A stretch of DNA of 64,000 bases from Octopus vulgaris (GCA_951406725.2 OX597818.1:20212001-20276000); one strand, 5' to 3'. Counted from the stretch's first letter, positions 1-14,610 are shown. Translations and numbers: made by a program. Notes: a model not told the origin generated them from the sequence alone.

Positions 1-144
1 TCCCTTAGTTGTTGACTTTTCACTATCTATTCACCACCACGTTGTCTACACTTCTCTCTCCTTCATTTTCTCCCGCACTTCACCCCTCCCTTCAACTAAC
101 CATGTGACAGAGTAACGCATTTGGCCTTAGTGTATATTAAGAGA

Positions 145-345
145 TAATGGCTTCAAATTTTGGAAACTGGCCAGTAATTTTGAGGAAGGGGTAAGTTGAT
201 TACATCGATTCCAGTGTTCGGCTGCTACTTATTCAGCTGGTATGACTTGGAAAGGATGAAAGGCAAAGTGGACCACGGCTGTTTGAACTCAGAACGTTAT
301 GTCGGAAAAGAAAAATGGCGCTAAGCATTTTTCCCGCCTTAGTTC
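145..345 (-). mobile_element. SINE family B copy (tRNA-like head, Meta-domain-like body), degenerate
   Basis: ttcaaattttgg...ttgattacatcga..ccagtg...aaaggatgaaaggcaaagt.gacc...tttgaactcagaacgt matches the reverse complement of the copies at 12854 and 39273. Confidence 0.75.
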
Positions 346-404
346 GCAGAAGCTATGCCGTTATTGATAATAATTTTGGTGACAAAAATAACACAGACAA
401 TTAC

Positions 405-405
405 C

Positions 406-472
<67 letters not shown>

Positions 473-1084
473 TAATAATGATGATGGTAATAATCGTGAT
501 GATGATGGTAATAATAATTGCTACCATCAAATTCATCTTCACCCTCATCACCACCACCACTACCATTATCATCATATCATCATCATCATCATCATCATCA
601 TGTTGGTAGTGTTAATAATGGTTGTGAAGGAAATATTTGGCAGTTTCTTAAAATAAATTCGTTCTCATATTTCATTTCCTATTTTTTTTTATCAATTTGT
701 CAATGCATTTTTTTTCTTTTCCTTTATTATACTCTTTTTATTTAATTATTTATAATTTCTATTTTTAATTCTTTTATTAGTATTATTATCGGCGAACGAA
801 AAACTAAGATCAAAGGAAATTCAGACACCAACCCCGCCCAAACCCGTTGCCTTTCCTAACCCACATGTCTTTCTGACAATTTTTTTTTTCAATTCTAACA
901 TCCCACCCACTCTTAAGCCCCCGCCACCTTCTCCAATGAACACCTCACCACTCCGAGAAACGATATCTCCCTTGCCTCACCCTACACCCACCACCACCAT
1001 TAATAACTAAAACACTACCACTTTCATTATTTTCTCCCTGTTTTTCCTCCTCCTAATGCCCCTCTTTCGCTTTTGCTGCTGCTG

Positions 1085-1179
<95 letters not shown>

Positions 1180-2236
1180 AATGCTGCTGCTGCTGCTACT
1201 ACTACTACTACGACGACGACGACGACTACTGCGACTACTACTAATACTACGATTACGACGACTACTACTACTACTACAACTACTAATGCTGCTACTACTA
1301 CTACTATTACTACTACTCTATAAAATGAACAATGCATCACCCTTTGTTTCAAGGGCTTGGTGGTGGTGGTGGTGGTGTTGAGGGTGGCGGCGGCGGTGGC
1401 GGCGGCCGTGGTGATGGTGGAAGCGGTGGTGGTGGTGACAGCGGTGGTACTAGCAGCGACGGTGTGGTGGCTTCGATGGTGTTGATAGCGTTGGGGGGGG
1501 GGGGGGTTGATGTTGGTGATGGTGGTGGCAGTGGTGGCGGTGGTGACGGTGATGATGTTGGCGGTGATGACGTTGTTGGTGATGTTGGTGATGTTGGCGG
1601 TGGTGGTGGTGGTAGCGACGAAGGTGGAAGTGATAGTCATAGTAGTGGCGGTGGTTGTGGTGGTGGTATATAGGAAATAGTATTAGTAGTTGTGATGGTG
1701 GTAGTGGGTTTCAAAGTGATGACGATGTTGAATATCTGCAGAGTTGGAAGTGATGGGCTCTTGTTCTTGTTATTGCGGCCGTTTTTGTTTAAACTCCAGA
1801 TTATCTTTGAGCGAGCAACGGCATTCCAGCTGTGACCATCTCACCTTTTTCCTGTGTGGAAAGTAACCCAGGACAGCATTATTTAACGTCTCCTAAGACG
1901 GTGAAATGTGACAATATTTTGAATTAGGCGTTGATGGTTTTCATATTAGAATTTGAATGGTGGTGTTCGTAGGGATGTTGCTGGTGGTGGTGGTGGTGGT
2001 GAGGGGGCGAGGGTGGTGTTGTTGGTAGTGCTGGTAGTGGTGGTGGTGGTGGTGCTGGTGCTGGTGGTGGTGCTGGTGCTGGTGCTGGTGAGGGTGTTGT
2101 TGTTGTTGTTGTTGGTGTTGGTGGTGGTGGTGGAGATGTTGGTGATGTTGCTGGTGGTGGTGGTGGTGGTGAGGGGGCGAGGGTGGTGTTGTTGGTAGTG
2201 GTGGTGCTGGTGGTGGTGCTGGTGAGGGTGTTGTTG

Positions 2237-2268
<32 letters not shown>

Positions 2269-2335
2269 GGTGGTGGAGATGTTGGTGATGTTGGTGGTGA
2301 CGATGGTGTTTGTCACATTGATTGGTGGCGGTGTG
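405..2335. repeat. Compound trinucleotide arrays: (AAT)n/(CAT)n, (CTA)n/(CTG)n and degenerate (GGT)n
   Basis: Directly visible; includes a local duplication of gatgttgctggtggt...gagggggcgagggtggtgttgttggtagtg (about 1974 and 2145). Interrupted by unique sequence and a family D fragment at about 1785-1930. Confidence 0.9.
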
Positions 2336-2439
2336 ATGAATGATAAAAGAATTTGTACAGTGGCGAGGACAAATGAAACGGTGGGTGGATCTGTGTGTGT
2401 GTATGTGTGTTAAGTTATGGGTGTGAAGGTGTGTGTCTA

Positions 2440-3290
2440 AATGAAGTTGTTGGAGGAGTGTATACGAACCATGGCGTGTTATGGTTGGTGGCTTATTTAA
2501 TCAAGTGTTTTAATAGATAGGTTGACAGGCTAGCAGGTTTGTAGATTACTTCATAGATCGGTAGGAAGGTATACCAATAGGTATGATCATAATATGCTAG
2601 CTACAATTTTGTAAGATGGTTGGGTAGTTATTAGATAGGCTGATTGGTAAGCAAGTTGACGGGTCGGTTGGTTGGTAAGTTGGTATATAGGTAAGTCCAT
2701 TGATTGCTTGCTTGCTTGATTGATTGGTAAGTTGTCGACTGTTTGGTATAAAAGTTGCTTGGCACAAAGGTAGGTTGGTACGTCGGTTGCTAGATAGGGA
2801 GGATGGTTAGTTGGTAGGTAGTTGGTTGGCCGTTAAGTTGGTAGTTGGTAGATCGGGAGGATGGTTAGTTAATAAGTCGGTTGGCCGTTAAATGGGTAGA
2901 TAAGTTGGAAGATTGGTAGGTACGTTATATTGGTTTGATAAATAGATTGGTAAACAGATTGTCTTATAGGGAGGTAAGTTAGTAGTTGGCTTTGGTAGAT
3001 GGGATAGTCAATTAGTTGGTAGTAGGTTGACAAATTAGTTGGCCAGTAGATTGGTAGATGGGCTGATTGGTAGTTGATTGGCAGGTTTGCATGTTGGTAG
3101 GTTGGTTGGTTGATTGATTGGTTGATTGCTAGATCGATTGGTAAGTAGGTTATTAGATAGGTTGGTAGTTAGGTTGGTTAACTGATATGTAGATAGAAGG
3201 GCAGATAAGTAAGTATATACTATTCGTTGATGGGTTGCTTGATTAGTTGGTATGGAGGTTGGATCGTTGGTTTGATAGATAGGTAGGCAG
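2440..3290. repeat. Degenerate G/T-rich tetranucleotide array (GGTA/GGTT/GATT/GATA)
   Basis: C-poor mosaic of taggttggtt/gattgatt/tagatagg units. Confidence 0.8.
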
Positions 3291-3414
3291 TGACTAATTG
3301 CGTTTTAATTAGACTTTTGACAATTATATTCTGTCATACAGAGAGGATCTCAATTGTAGTTTCCGGAGTATTTTTTTTTATCACAGATAACTGTGTTTAC
3401 GAAACTGTTATCCC

Positions 3415-3445
<31 letters not shown>

Positions 3446-3536
3446 TGTATGTATGTATGTATGTGTGTACGTATGTATGTATGTGTGTATGTTTGAATCA
3501 GTGAGTGTGTATTTGTGAGAGAAAGGGAGAGTGAAT

Positions 3537-3584
<48 letters not shown>

Positions 3585-3825
3585 TAACTATTTTAATTAC
3601 CAGCAGCTGATGTCGGAGTGATTTGATCAATGCACAACGACATCTTTCATACCTGCAGTGAATACACAACTTTAAAGTTTTGTTGTTGTTATTAGAGTTG
3701 CTGTTGGATCCAGCAGACCTGTGATCAAAAAGCATTCCAGCCGTGACCATAATTACACACATATACACACATATACACACACACACGCACATACGCACAC
3801 ACGCACACACACAGAGTCTGAGTGT

Positions 3826-4173
3826 GAGTCTGAGTTTCAAACGTGACGCTACTTCGGCCACTGGAGTTTCAATGAGAGGATGTTTGGAGAGAGTCAATGT
3901 TTATTACAAACGTTAGCCTGCGATTGGTCGAGAAATGTCTCGGGATGTCACAGTTTGATGCACATTCTCAACCAACAACGTGACTGATTTCATGTCCACC
4001 ACGCGGTCGATTTTCTGTTCACTATGCGGTATTTTCCAAGTAATTGTGTCGCTGAAATACCAACATCAAAGTGTGACACCGAGTGACCTTTCTCGACCAA
4101 TCACAGTCCATACCCGTCCTCTCGTTCAAACTCCAATGCTCGAAGATTGGAATCACGCTTGAAACTCAGACTC
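3826..4173. mobile_element. Foldback/MITE-like element with long imperfect inverted repeats
   Basis: gagtctgagtttcaaacgtga...ctgcgattggtcgagaaa...gtcacagtttgatg (left) is the reverse complement of catcaaagtgtgac...tttctcgaccaatcacag...tcacgcttgaaactcagactc (right). Confidence 0.7.
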
Positions 4174-4324
4174 CCAAGGAGTTTAACTCAAACTGTTTTG
4201 ATCCACACACACACACAAGACTCCCAAAGAGTTTGGATAAAACTGTTTTGATCCATACATGTAACTCACGATAAATGTGTCTACTCACCCTATATATATA
4301 TATATATATATATATAAAAACACT

Positions 4325-4480
4325 ATGAGCTTCCACACAGTTTCTGTCAACAAAATTCACTCACAAGTCAATGGTCGACCTTGAGCTATAGTAGAAGACA
4401 CTTGCCTAAGGTGCTGTGTGGTGGGAATGAACCTGAAACCACGTAGTTGAAAAGCGTACTCCTTAACCCCACAGCCATGA
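4325..4480 (-). mobile_element. SINE family A 5' half, older diverged copy
   Basis: cagtttctgtc..caaaattcactcacaag...gctatagtagaagacacttgcctaaggtg...gaacctgaaaccacgtagttg...ccacagccat matches family A. Confidence 0.8.
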
Positions 4481-4484
4481 CTGG

Positions 4485-4875
4485 TTTCATTGCACTTTTT
4501 TTGAATTTGCTAGAGTTTTTACTTTCTTCATTGATGTATGAAATCGTATTGAGATCCTAATCAATAGACTGCCCGAGGAAAATTGGGTAATTGTTTGCCA
4601 AGTGAACGGGGTAGCTTAAGTGTGTTGAGCAGAAGCTGAAGTCTGAGGAAGAGTTATAGTTGGTAAAGTATATGTGTGTTGGTGTTGTTTGTTTAAGATA
4701 TAAATGAATCTACTTGCAATGGCATTTCGTCAGCTCAATCGTTATCTGTATTATTTGAAAACCAGGCGTTGTTAATGTTGAAGTTTACTCCAATGATGAT
4801 GCTTGTGAGAGTGTTAAAGTACTGTAGCTGGAAGGGAATGTCATCTAGTAAGACGTTGTGAGAATGGTTGCGATA
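4485..4875 (-). pseudogene. Eroded LINE apurinic-type endonuclease (APE) domain fragment
   Basis: Minus-strand translation across stops/frameshifts gives SIIIGVNFNINNAWFS (cf. IIGGDFNAH..W), ILN..TPT, SSSDFSFCS..L, WQTITQFSSGSLLIRI (cf. W.T...LSSDHLPI). Confidence 0.45.
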
Positions 4876-4891
4876 AATATACATACATACA

Positions 4892-4976
<85 letters not shown>

Positions 4977-5042
4977 ATACACACACACATATACACATAC
5001 ACACATACATATACATATGCACACATACACATACACATGCAT

Positions 5043-5079
<37 letters not shown>

Positions 5080-5098
5080 CATACACACATATACATAA

Positions 5099-5198
5099 AT
5101 ACGAATATTTAATACGTATGTAGTGTTTTAATTATTAACTTTTGGATTAGGAAATAGTGTAATTTACTCAGAATTAGGTATATTATTAGTCAAGTATG

Positions 5199-5293
<95 letters not shown>

Positions 5294-5398
5294 CACACAT
5301 ATACATACGAATATTTAATACGTATGTAGTGTTTTAATTATTAACTTTGGGATTATGAAATAGTGTAATTTACTCAGAATTAGGTATATTATTAGTCA
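5099..5398 (+). repeat. About 95-bp direct duplication separated by a (CA)n(TA)n tract
   Basis: atacgaatattt...ggtatattattagtca at about 5099-5192 and again at about 5305-5398. Confidence 0.85.
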
Positions 5399-5651
5399 TG
5401 TTAAATTCAATCGATTTTGTTTTGTTTTGGAGAAAATAGAATACAAAGGTTTCGCTTTTATATTAATAGCTATGGAAGACTGGTGGGAATATTATCTGTA
5501 TGGACTTAAAGGATGGTCGCTATTTAGTTATATAATTTAGGAGTTAGTTATAGGTTTACTTATTGAATTTATTTATTTGCTGAATAAAGGGTAAATGTAT
5601 TTCTTTGTTGCAGTTTAATTAATAATGTTAGTGTTTAATCCTTCCTAGTAT

Positions 5652-6032
5652 AGGCGTAGGAGTGGCTGTGTGGTAAGTAGCTCGCTTATGAACCACATGG
5701 TTCCGGGTTCAGTCCCACTGGCTGGCAACTTGGGAAAGTGTCTTCTAATATAGCCTCGGGCCGATCAAAGCCTTGTGAGTGGATTTGGTAGATGGAAACT
5801 GAAAGAAGCCTGTCTTGTATATATGTATATATCTGTGTGCTTGTGTGTCTGTTTTGACTCCCCAACATCGCTTGACAACCGATGCTGGTGTGTTTACGTC
5901 CCCGTAACTTAGCGGTTCGGCAAAAGAGACCGATAGAATAAGAATAAGTCCTGGGGTCGATTTGCTCGGCTAAAGGCGGTGCTCCAGCATGGCCACAGTC
6001 AAAATGACTGAAACAACTAAAAAGAGTAAAAA
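5652..6032 (+). mobile_element. SINE family A (tRNA-derived, CORE-like segment), near full length
   Basis: aggcgtaggagtggctgtgtgg (A-box-like), ggttcagtccc (B-box-like), cttgggaaagtgtcttc (CORE-like), internal TA/TG tract, aaagagtaaa tail; many near-identical copies in the window. Confidence 0.9.
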
Positions 6033-6466
6033 ATCTGGTGAGATCTAAGGTATGTCTGTTCCTTATTTTGGGATTGTAGACACCGCAGGATTGAATGGTA
6101 CTACCCAGGAGCCGAAACCATAGTGAGATCCGTGGGTTATGTTATATTTTTCGTAATGACAGCGGTGCCTGAGGGCGACAGAGGCGACAGCAGCGGCAGC
6201 AGCAGCGGCAACGATAGCGGCAGCGGTTAGAGGCGGCGGCGGCAGAGGTGCAACGGTGGTGGTTGCAGTCGTAGTTGTCATCGCCGTCGTCCTGATAACG
6301 GAAAGAGTGAATTCCAGCGGCGATGGTATGGTTGGTTACACAGCAGCAGTTGTTTAACCCCAGGTCAACCCAGACATAGTAATTGTATGATCAAAGGCAT
6401 TCAAGACCTGACTATGCTTCCTAAATTAAACTCGAGCTTCGTGTACTAGAATCTCATCATCTAATG

Positions 6467-7156
6467 TAAGGGTCCTCAACCATTTTTTAACAAAGCACCA
6501 CTTGAGTTATGATGCTATTCTGGTGGATCCCAAAAGTCATTCGATGTGTAAAAACTAGTTTTATAGATATTCTTCCAAAATTCCTATTTTGTTTTTGGTG
6601 TAGGTCGAACTCTTTACTCTCTCTTTTCTCTTTTACTTGTTTCAGTCATTTGACTGTGGCCATGCTGTAGCACCGCCTGTAGTCGAGTAAATCGACTCCA
6701 GGACTTATACTTTGGAAGCTTAGTACTTATTCTGTCGGTCTCTTACGGGGACGTAAATACAGCACCATCGGTTGTCAAGCGATGTTGAAGGCACAAACAC
6801 AGACACACAAACATATACACACACACATACATGTAAATATATATATACATATATACGACGGGCTTCTTTCAGCTTCCGTCTACCAAATCCACTCACAAGG
6901 CTTTGGTCGGCCTGAGGCTATAGTAGAAGACACTTGCCCAAGGTGTCACGCAGTGAGTATGAACCCGAAACCATGTGGTTGGTAAGCAAGCTACTTACCA
7001 CAATGTTAGAGGAAAAATCCTAGCTGTTTCTTGCGATACATACCTCTAAAGCAAATGTTTTGCAGGAGCCATTAAAATACTGTTGTGGATCCCCAATTTA
7101 CTATTTTGCTGAGTGGACCCCAAAAGTCTTATATGGGCCCCGGTTGAGAACCACTG
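6467..7156. mobile_element. hAT-like non-autonomous DNA transposon (MITE)
   Basis: Right TIR reads cagtggttctcaacc on the minus strand; left is taagggtcctcaacc; 8-bp TSD atctaatg (6459-6466) / atctaata (7157-7164). Confidence 0.7.
6611..7002 (-). mobile_element. SINE family A copy nested in the hAT MITE
   Basis: Reverse complement of the 5652 element from the ctcttttactt tail to aagctacttaccaca. Confidence 0.9.
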
Positions 7157-7444
7157 ATCTAATATATCCCTTCGATTTCAAGATGATACTAGCCGTACCA
7201 TTTCTTTAAAAACGAAAAAGACAACACCGTGTCTTTTTTTTAAATAGCGACGTGTCATTTTGAGGGGATTTGGTTGTTATTGTTAGCATGTCGAGTAACT
7301 CAGTTCACCCTCATCGAGCTAACTTATACTCAAACGGCAATCCAATCATACACTTTCTATCATTTCCCCCATATATTAAGCACCTTCCTACTTCTATTCT
7401 GTATAAGATACTCAACAGCCTCTTTCGTTGGCTTGGCGTTGTGA

Positions 7445-8360
<916 letters not shown>

Positions 8361-8650
8361 GTGGTGAATTTCCCTAAATGCACTCTCTTTGTCTCAGTAA
8401 TGGCCCTGGACAATGGACAATGATTGATTAGAGGAAGAGTGGAGTGGAAGTGTGGAGAGGAAGGTTTGGAGTTGAGGTATGGCTGAATTGACAGCTACCT
8501 TGAGTAAGTTTTTATTTTCAGTACGATTGTACCTGGCTTTAGATTAAATAAGTGCATAAATGAACGCGTCTTTGTGTCAATACATCTACGTATGTATATG
8601 TAAACACACACACACGAGCGCGCATGTACCTATACATATATATATTTATG

Positions 8651-8737
<87 letters not shown>

Positions 8738-8748
8738 ATATATATGTT

Positions 8749-8794
<46 letters not shown>

Positions 8795-8796
<2 letters not shown>

Positions 8797-9098
8797 GGTA
8801 TAAGTTAGAGGTGTTTAAAACATCTAAGGGGTGGTTAAATCCAAAGGCGCTCCTGGTGATCACCTGCGTAGGTACAATCCTTGGTAAAAGGTATACGGTA
8901 GTGGGTAATTCAGCGGGTAAAGCGTAGTTTAAATTATATGCAAGAAGAAAATGGAGGGAAAATGACAGGAAGAAGTTGGTCGTTTGCGCGAGCAAGCCAT
9001 TAATTTAATTACTTTTAACTTTTCTTAATTAATTAAATTAATGGCTTACTAGCGCAAACGACAAACTTTTCCCTGTTATTTTCGCTTCATTTTCTTCT
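8795..9098. mobile_element. Unique leader plus inverted repeat element between (TA)n tracts
   Basis: Arms about 8942-9012 and 9027-9098 (aagaagaaaatg...gtcgtttgcgc...aagccattaatttaatta / taattaaattaatggctt...gcgcaaacgac...cattttcttctt). Confidence 0.6.
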
Positions 9099-9120
9099 TA
9101 CATATATATATGTATGTATA

Positions 9121-9206
<86 letters not shown>

Positions 9207-9218
9207 TGTATGTATATA

Positions 9219-9486
9219 AGCGCATATACGGCCAATCTTATCAAGGCAAGGATTATGGTAGCATTCACCAACTTAAACAAGGAGACCGTCCAGAAGAGTT
9301 GCAGGAGATTCCGAAGTCGTATGGAGACCGTGGTTGAAGCGAATGGCAATTTTATTGAATAACTGTACTCTTTACTATTTGATGATATTTTAATGCAATT
9401 TTGATAAATATATCTTTTAAAACGCGATGTCAGCGCTATTTTCATTTTCACATTATTTAGATGACGGTTTATTCACCGCACCCTGG
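9219..9486 (+). mobile_element. Tc1/mariner-superfamily transposase C-terminal remnant with right TIR
   Basis: [41 protein letters not shown] resembles the end of mariner-like (DD37D/maT-type) transposases; ends ...ttcaccgcaccctg. Confidence 0.7.
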
Positions 9487-9707
9487 AGATATACATTTAC
9501 AGTTGTAAATTGTAAAACATAACTGTCACCACTACTACATGGACTGCATAGTTTAATGCATGAAAGTACTTGTTAAATCAGAATGAACATTTAATATTCA
9601 ATCATTTCATTATATTATATTATATTATATTTTATTATATTATTACAAGATTGTAAATAAAACGCGAAAATCAAAGTTGAAATTTCTTTGAGTAATATAT
9701 ATACATA

Positions 9708-9870
9708 CCGTATTTTAATGTGCATAAGGACCCCCGCCCCCTCTTGTTTTTGTCAAAAATTAGGTTTAAAAAATATGGGAATTTCTTACAAAACCTTTTT
9801 CTGAATTTTAAGCTCCCAAAATTAGTGGATTCCTTATACACGAGGGTTATTTATACACGTTAAAATATGG
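9708..9870. mobile_element. Tc2/pogo-like MITE
   Basis: TIRs ccgtattttaatgtgcataa / ttatacacgttaaaatatgg; preceded by TA. Confidence 0.65.
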
Positions 9871-9871
9871 T

Positions 9872-9903
<32 letters not shown>

Positions 9904-9904
9904 G

Positions 9905-9991
<87 letters not shown>

Positions 9992-10005
9992 GTGTAAATA
10001 TATAT

Positions 10006-10540
10006 GGTGGCCGCCCCTCGTTACCGAGTATGGCCATTGTACGAAGCTTAATCAATGTTGTTATCGTGCAATGCCTGTGCAAGATTTTTTTTAAAGTGAG
10101 GAAAGGCTGTGCACTGAGTCAATCCCACTCACTAAGCAACAGCAGCCATAATCCGAAAAGAAGAACAAGTCAATATCATCGGTAACCATTGAGCCGCAGG
10201 TTTTATGTCGGAGTTATCCCAGTTACTTGAGTTACCTTCCCCTAGAAGGATGCCCTAACAGAGGCTAGGAGTCCTTCACTCCCAGAGGTTTAACCGCGCG
10301 ATCGGGTATTCAGTCCGATTATTTCTATGTCCCCGCGCATGATACAGCCTTAAGACATTTATTGGATGGCCGTTGACTCTCAAGAGTTCCTCTGCCCTTT
10401 GACGGGTTTTGTTTTTCATCCCGCAGGGTGTCCAAGCAAGCTTGGTGGGGTTGCCGGTTTAGTCACCGACGACCTAACCATGCAACAGGTTGTACTGGGT
10501 TACATGTTACCAGTAGCACTCGAAAGTGACCTGTCAGGTC
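10006..10540 (-). mobile_element. Non-autonomous RTE-derived retroposon (5'UTR-like body plus RTE 3' tail)
   Basis: 3' 45 nt match the end of the RTE remnant at 51432-51477; the ttaccttcccctag...ggctaggagtcc segment resembles RTE 5'UTR motifs; no ORF. Confidence 0.65.
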
Positions 10541-10619
10541 ACATAAACACACACACACACATATATATGTATGTATTATGTATATGTATATATGTACATG
10601 TATATATATATATATATAT

Positions 10620-10726
<107 letters not shown>

Positions 10727-10754
10727 TATACATACATATATACATACATACACT

Positions 10755-10816
<62 letters not shown>

Positions 10817-10857
10817 AGAGAGAGAGAGAGAGAGAGAGACAGACAGTGTGAGATAAC

Positions 10858-10897
<40 letters not shown>

Positions 10898-10906
10898 CAT
10901 AAATAC

Positions 10907-10958
<52 letters not shown>

Positions 10959-11606
10959 GTAACCACACACATATATATATGTATGTATACCTATATACAC
11001 ATATACATGTAAATATATATTCATATATAAATATGCGCATATATTTACAGACGCGCACGTTGCGGGTGTGTGTTAAGTGTAAGCTAAACAAGACTTAAGA
11101 CTTTCGTATAATCAACATTGTCGACCGTGCCTGTCACCAAGGTATTTCAGAAATGTCATATTTTGGCTGGATGGTTGAAATTGCATTTTCAGTAAATGGT
11201 CATGTCGTCGCTGAACGTAAAATGCTATTCATCAGGAGGATCTTGGGCAGAGGTCGGAAGATTGTGAAATATGTAGTGATGTCTTTTTCTTTTTTTTTTC
11301 CATTGATGATTGAAATGTAGCAAACGATGTGAAGTTTCTTTGCATGACGGATATCAAAGTGGCTTGATCCTCTTAATAATATATTTGGTATCTTTTTTAT
11401 CCCTCAATCTTCTAATGTATTTACGAAATGCTGTGGCGTTCTTCGGTTGTCGTGACAGAATTAGTGATTTTTGAATTAGTTTTTAGCGAATAAGACTTAT
11501 GTGGCTGGAGTCTTATTCCAGAAATTACATGCCAAATGTATTTGATCACAATGTTAAGGGAGTGCGAACTTTCATGACAGTCAACATATTCCGTATGCAG
11601 ATGAAT

Positions 11607-12172
11607 ATTATTATTATTATTATGTGAGAGAGCAATGCATGCCATCAAAGGTGACACAGGAGCAAAATATATGAAGCCCACTATACCCATCATGACTACC
11701 CGTCTGATAATGGTACACCAGGCACATGCATCACAACCATATGTGCGCGACATGGTGATCTCATATCAAGATAAACAGCGCATGACCTTGCAGGTGGGGC
11801 CCAGTTAGAATTTTCTTCAGGTCAAGTAATCCATCCTGCTCAAAAGGTCCCTGAATAAGGGTTGTTTAAGGATGTTGAACGAAATACCCATGTTTCCAGA
11901 GGTGAATTATCCAAACCCCACAGAATTCCTCTCAAAACATGACTATGATGCCCCCCCCCCACTACTTCTTCTCATGATAAGAGATGCACATATCGTTAGC
12001 CACTAAAGGACATGTTCAACTGGTTAAGGTCAAACAACTGACAAACATGTCTCAGGTATTGAGCAGAATATTTGCTGTAGCCTATCTTTTATACCAAGAC
12101 AAAACAATGTACATGATAATACTTCCAATCAGTTAAGATCAGAAGCCATGAGAGCCACTGCCTGGTACTGCA
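11607..12172 (-). mobile_element. Non-coding retroposon-like repeat ending in (AAT)n
   Basis: About 550 bp complex sequence ending ...gcatgcattgctctctcacataataataataat on the minus strand; recalled as an abundant octopus repeat; only one copy in this window. Confidence 0.5.
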
Positions 12173-12273
12173 CTCTTCTTCGTACCAATTTGTTGTTCTG
12201 TCGATCATCATCATCACCACCACCACCACCACCACCACCACCACCACCACCACCACCACCACCACCACCACCA

Positions 12274-12368
<95 letters not shown>

Positions 12369-12369
12369 T

Positions 12370-13545
12370 GTCTTTTGTTATTTCTTCAAAGCATTTAAGG
12401 GAATCCAAAAGTGTGTAAACCATTAGGTGCCACACATGACCTGCACACCTCAACAGTCGCAGAAATTGACTCCACATTATCTCCCTATTTCTCTTCAGTG
12501 CTTCTAGATAGATCCAAATGGCAGCAGATTCGATTATAATGTTTTCATCTGTTTCATATCGACTCCGAAACATTTGAATAATTCTGCTGGTTCCATTTTC
12601 ATATCTAGAATTAGCGGAATGTTTACTAGTCTGTCTTTCAAAAGATTTTTTTTACAAACGCCTACAAATAAAGATGGATATTATGGCACTTTTTCTCGAT
12701 GTTGATATTTTTTGCACTTGTTGTTATTCATATAATAGATATTTTTTATTGAATATCTGCCTCTGTTTTTCAGCTTTGCTGGCAACATCCTTTCTAATAT
12801 CCGGTGGCTCAATGCTATCCACAGATAAATATTATTAATATTAAAGACCAAATATCGTTAGCATGCTGGGCTAAATGCTTAGCAGCTTTTCGACTGTTTT
12901 AACGTTCCGAGTTCAAATTCAGCCGAGGTCAACTTTCCCTTTCATCCTTTCGAAGTCGATAAAATAAGTACCAACTGAGAATTGGTACCAATGTAATCGA
13001 CTTCTTCCTCCTCTAAAACAGATGGCATTGTGCCAAAATTTGAAACCAATATCAAAGACAACTAGCTATATATCAGCATGTCTTGTAGAGAATGATATCC
13101 AGATATAGTATGGATGTATAATTTGCAGGATAGTAGTACAGAACCGATACGGTTATATAGAATATTTGAGAACTTTCACTATATTGGGAAGCTGTTAGTT
13201 TTTGTACAATATTATTCTATGAGATCGTTTTGATCCTTAGATTATATAAGCGTTTCCTGAATATGAAACTACAATTTAATAGCGCACCAAGATATGTAGC
13301 ATTCTGGTATTGTTCCACCTTTGATGCAGGCCATAAAATAATTAACTTTTTATTGGTTTTTCTATGTTTTTTTTGTTTCTTTTTTTAATAGACTGTAGAA
13401 ACTTACATCTTCACAGAAATGGCAATTAAATTATTGCCTTTATAGTTAAAGCTGAGATTAATTAAAACGTTGTTTCGATGTTGTTGAAATTTATCGGTAG
13501 CTCTCGCAAGTTCTTCATATGTACAAATTTCTTGTGAAAATGTAA
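12370..13545 (-). pseudogene. Highly eroded Ingi/Vingi-like LINE (RT thumb to C-terminal zinc knuckle)
   Basis: Minus translation NKKLIILW...ATYLGALLNCSFIFRK...IS*NNIVQKLT (cf. YLGVTLDRTLSF..H...RNNILRKL) near 13274-13297; IEPPDIRKDVAS..EKQ (12790-12813); CDC*GVQ...HLM (12441-12461); motifs in the expected order. Confidence 0.6.
12854..13047 (+). mobile_element. SINE family B inserted in the Vingi-like remnant
   Basis: atcgttagcatgctggg...gagttcaaattcagccgaggtcaactttccctttcatcctttcg..gtcgataaaataagtacca...ttgtgccaaaatttgaaacc; probable TSD aatattaaagacca / aatatcaaagacaa. Confidence 0.85.
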
Positions 13546-13562
13546 TTTGAGTTATAATCTAG

Positions 13563-14610
<1,048 letters not shown>

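Larger units (their letters stand above)
6350..7305 (+). repeat. Interspersed repeat family D, split by the hAT-like MITE
   Basis: gtttaaccccaggtca...tatgatcaaaggcattc before and ...ttttgaggggatttggttgttatt..tagc after the insertion; related pieces at about 1785-1930, 3710-3750, 45000-45050 (-) and 63655-63720. Confidence 0.55.

Noticed and set aside
1332-2316. Gly-rich and Pro/Thr-rich ORFs resembling structural proteins or mucins
   Set aside because: Degenerate (GGT)n is open in several frames on both strands; no splice or codon evidence. The same applies to 7270-8413 and 28086-29003.
4168-4260. About 42-bp tandem duplication (agactcccaa.gagttt...aaactgttttgatcca.aca)
   Set aside because: Real, but most simply a local slippage duplication at the MITE edge; no further structure.
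11175-11240. Minus-strand CTGATGA...GAAA hammerhead candidate
   Set aside because: Stems I and III do not pair and stem II is out of register.
12130-12172. U2 snRNA similarity (tgcagtacc, gatctta)
   Set aside because: Only 7-9 nt matches, in an incompatible arrangement.
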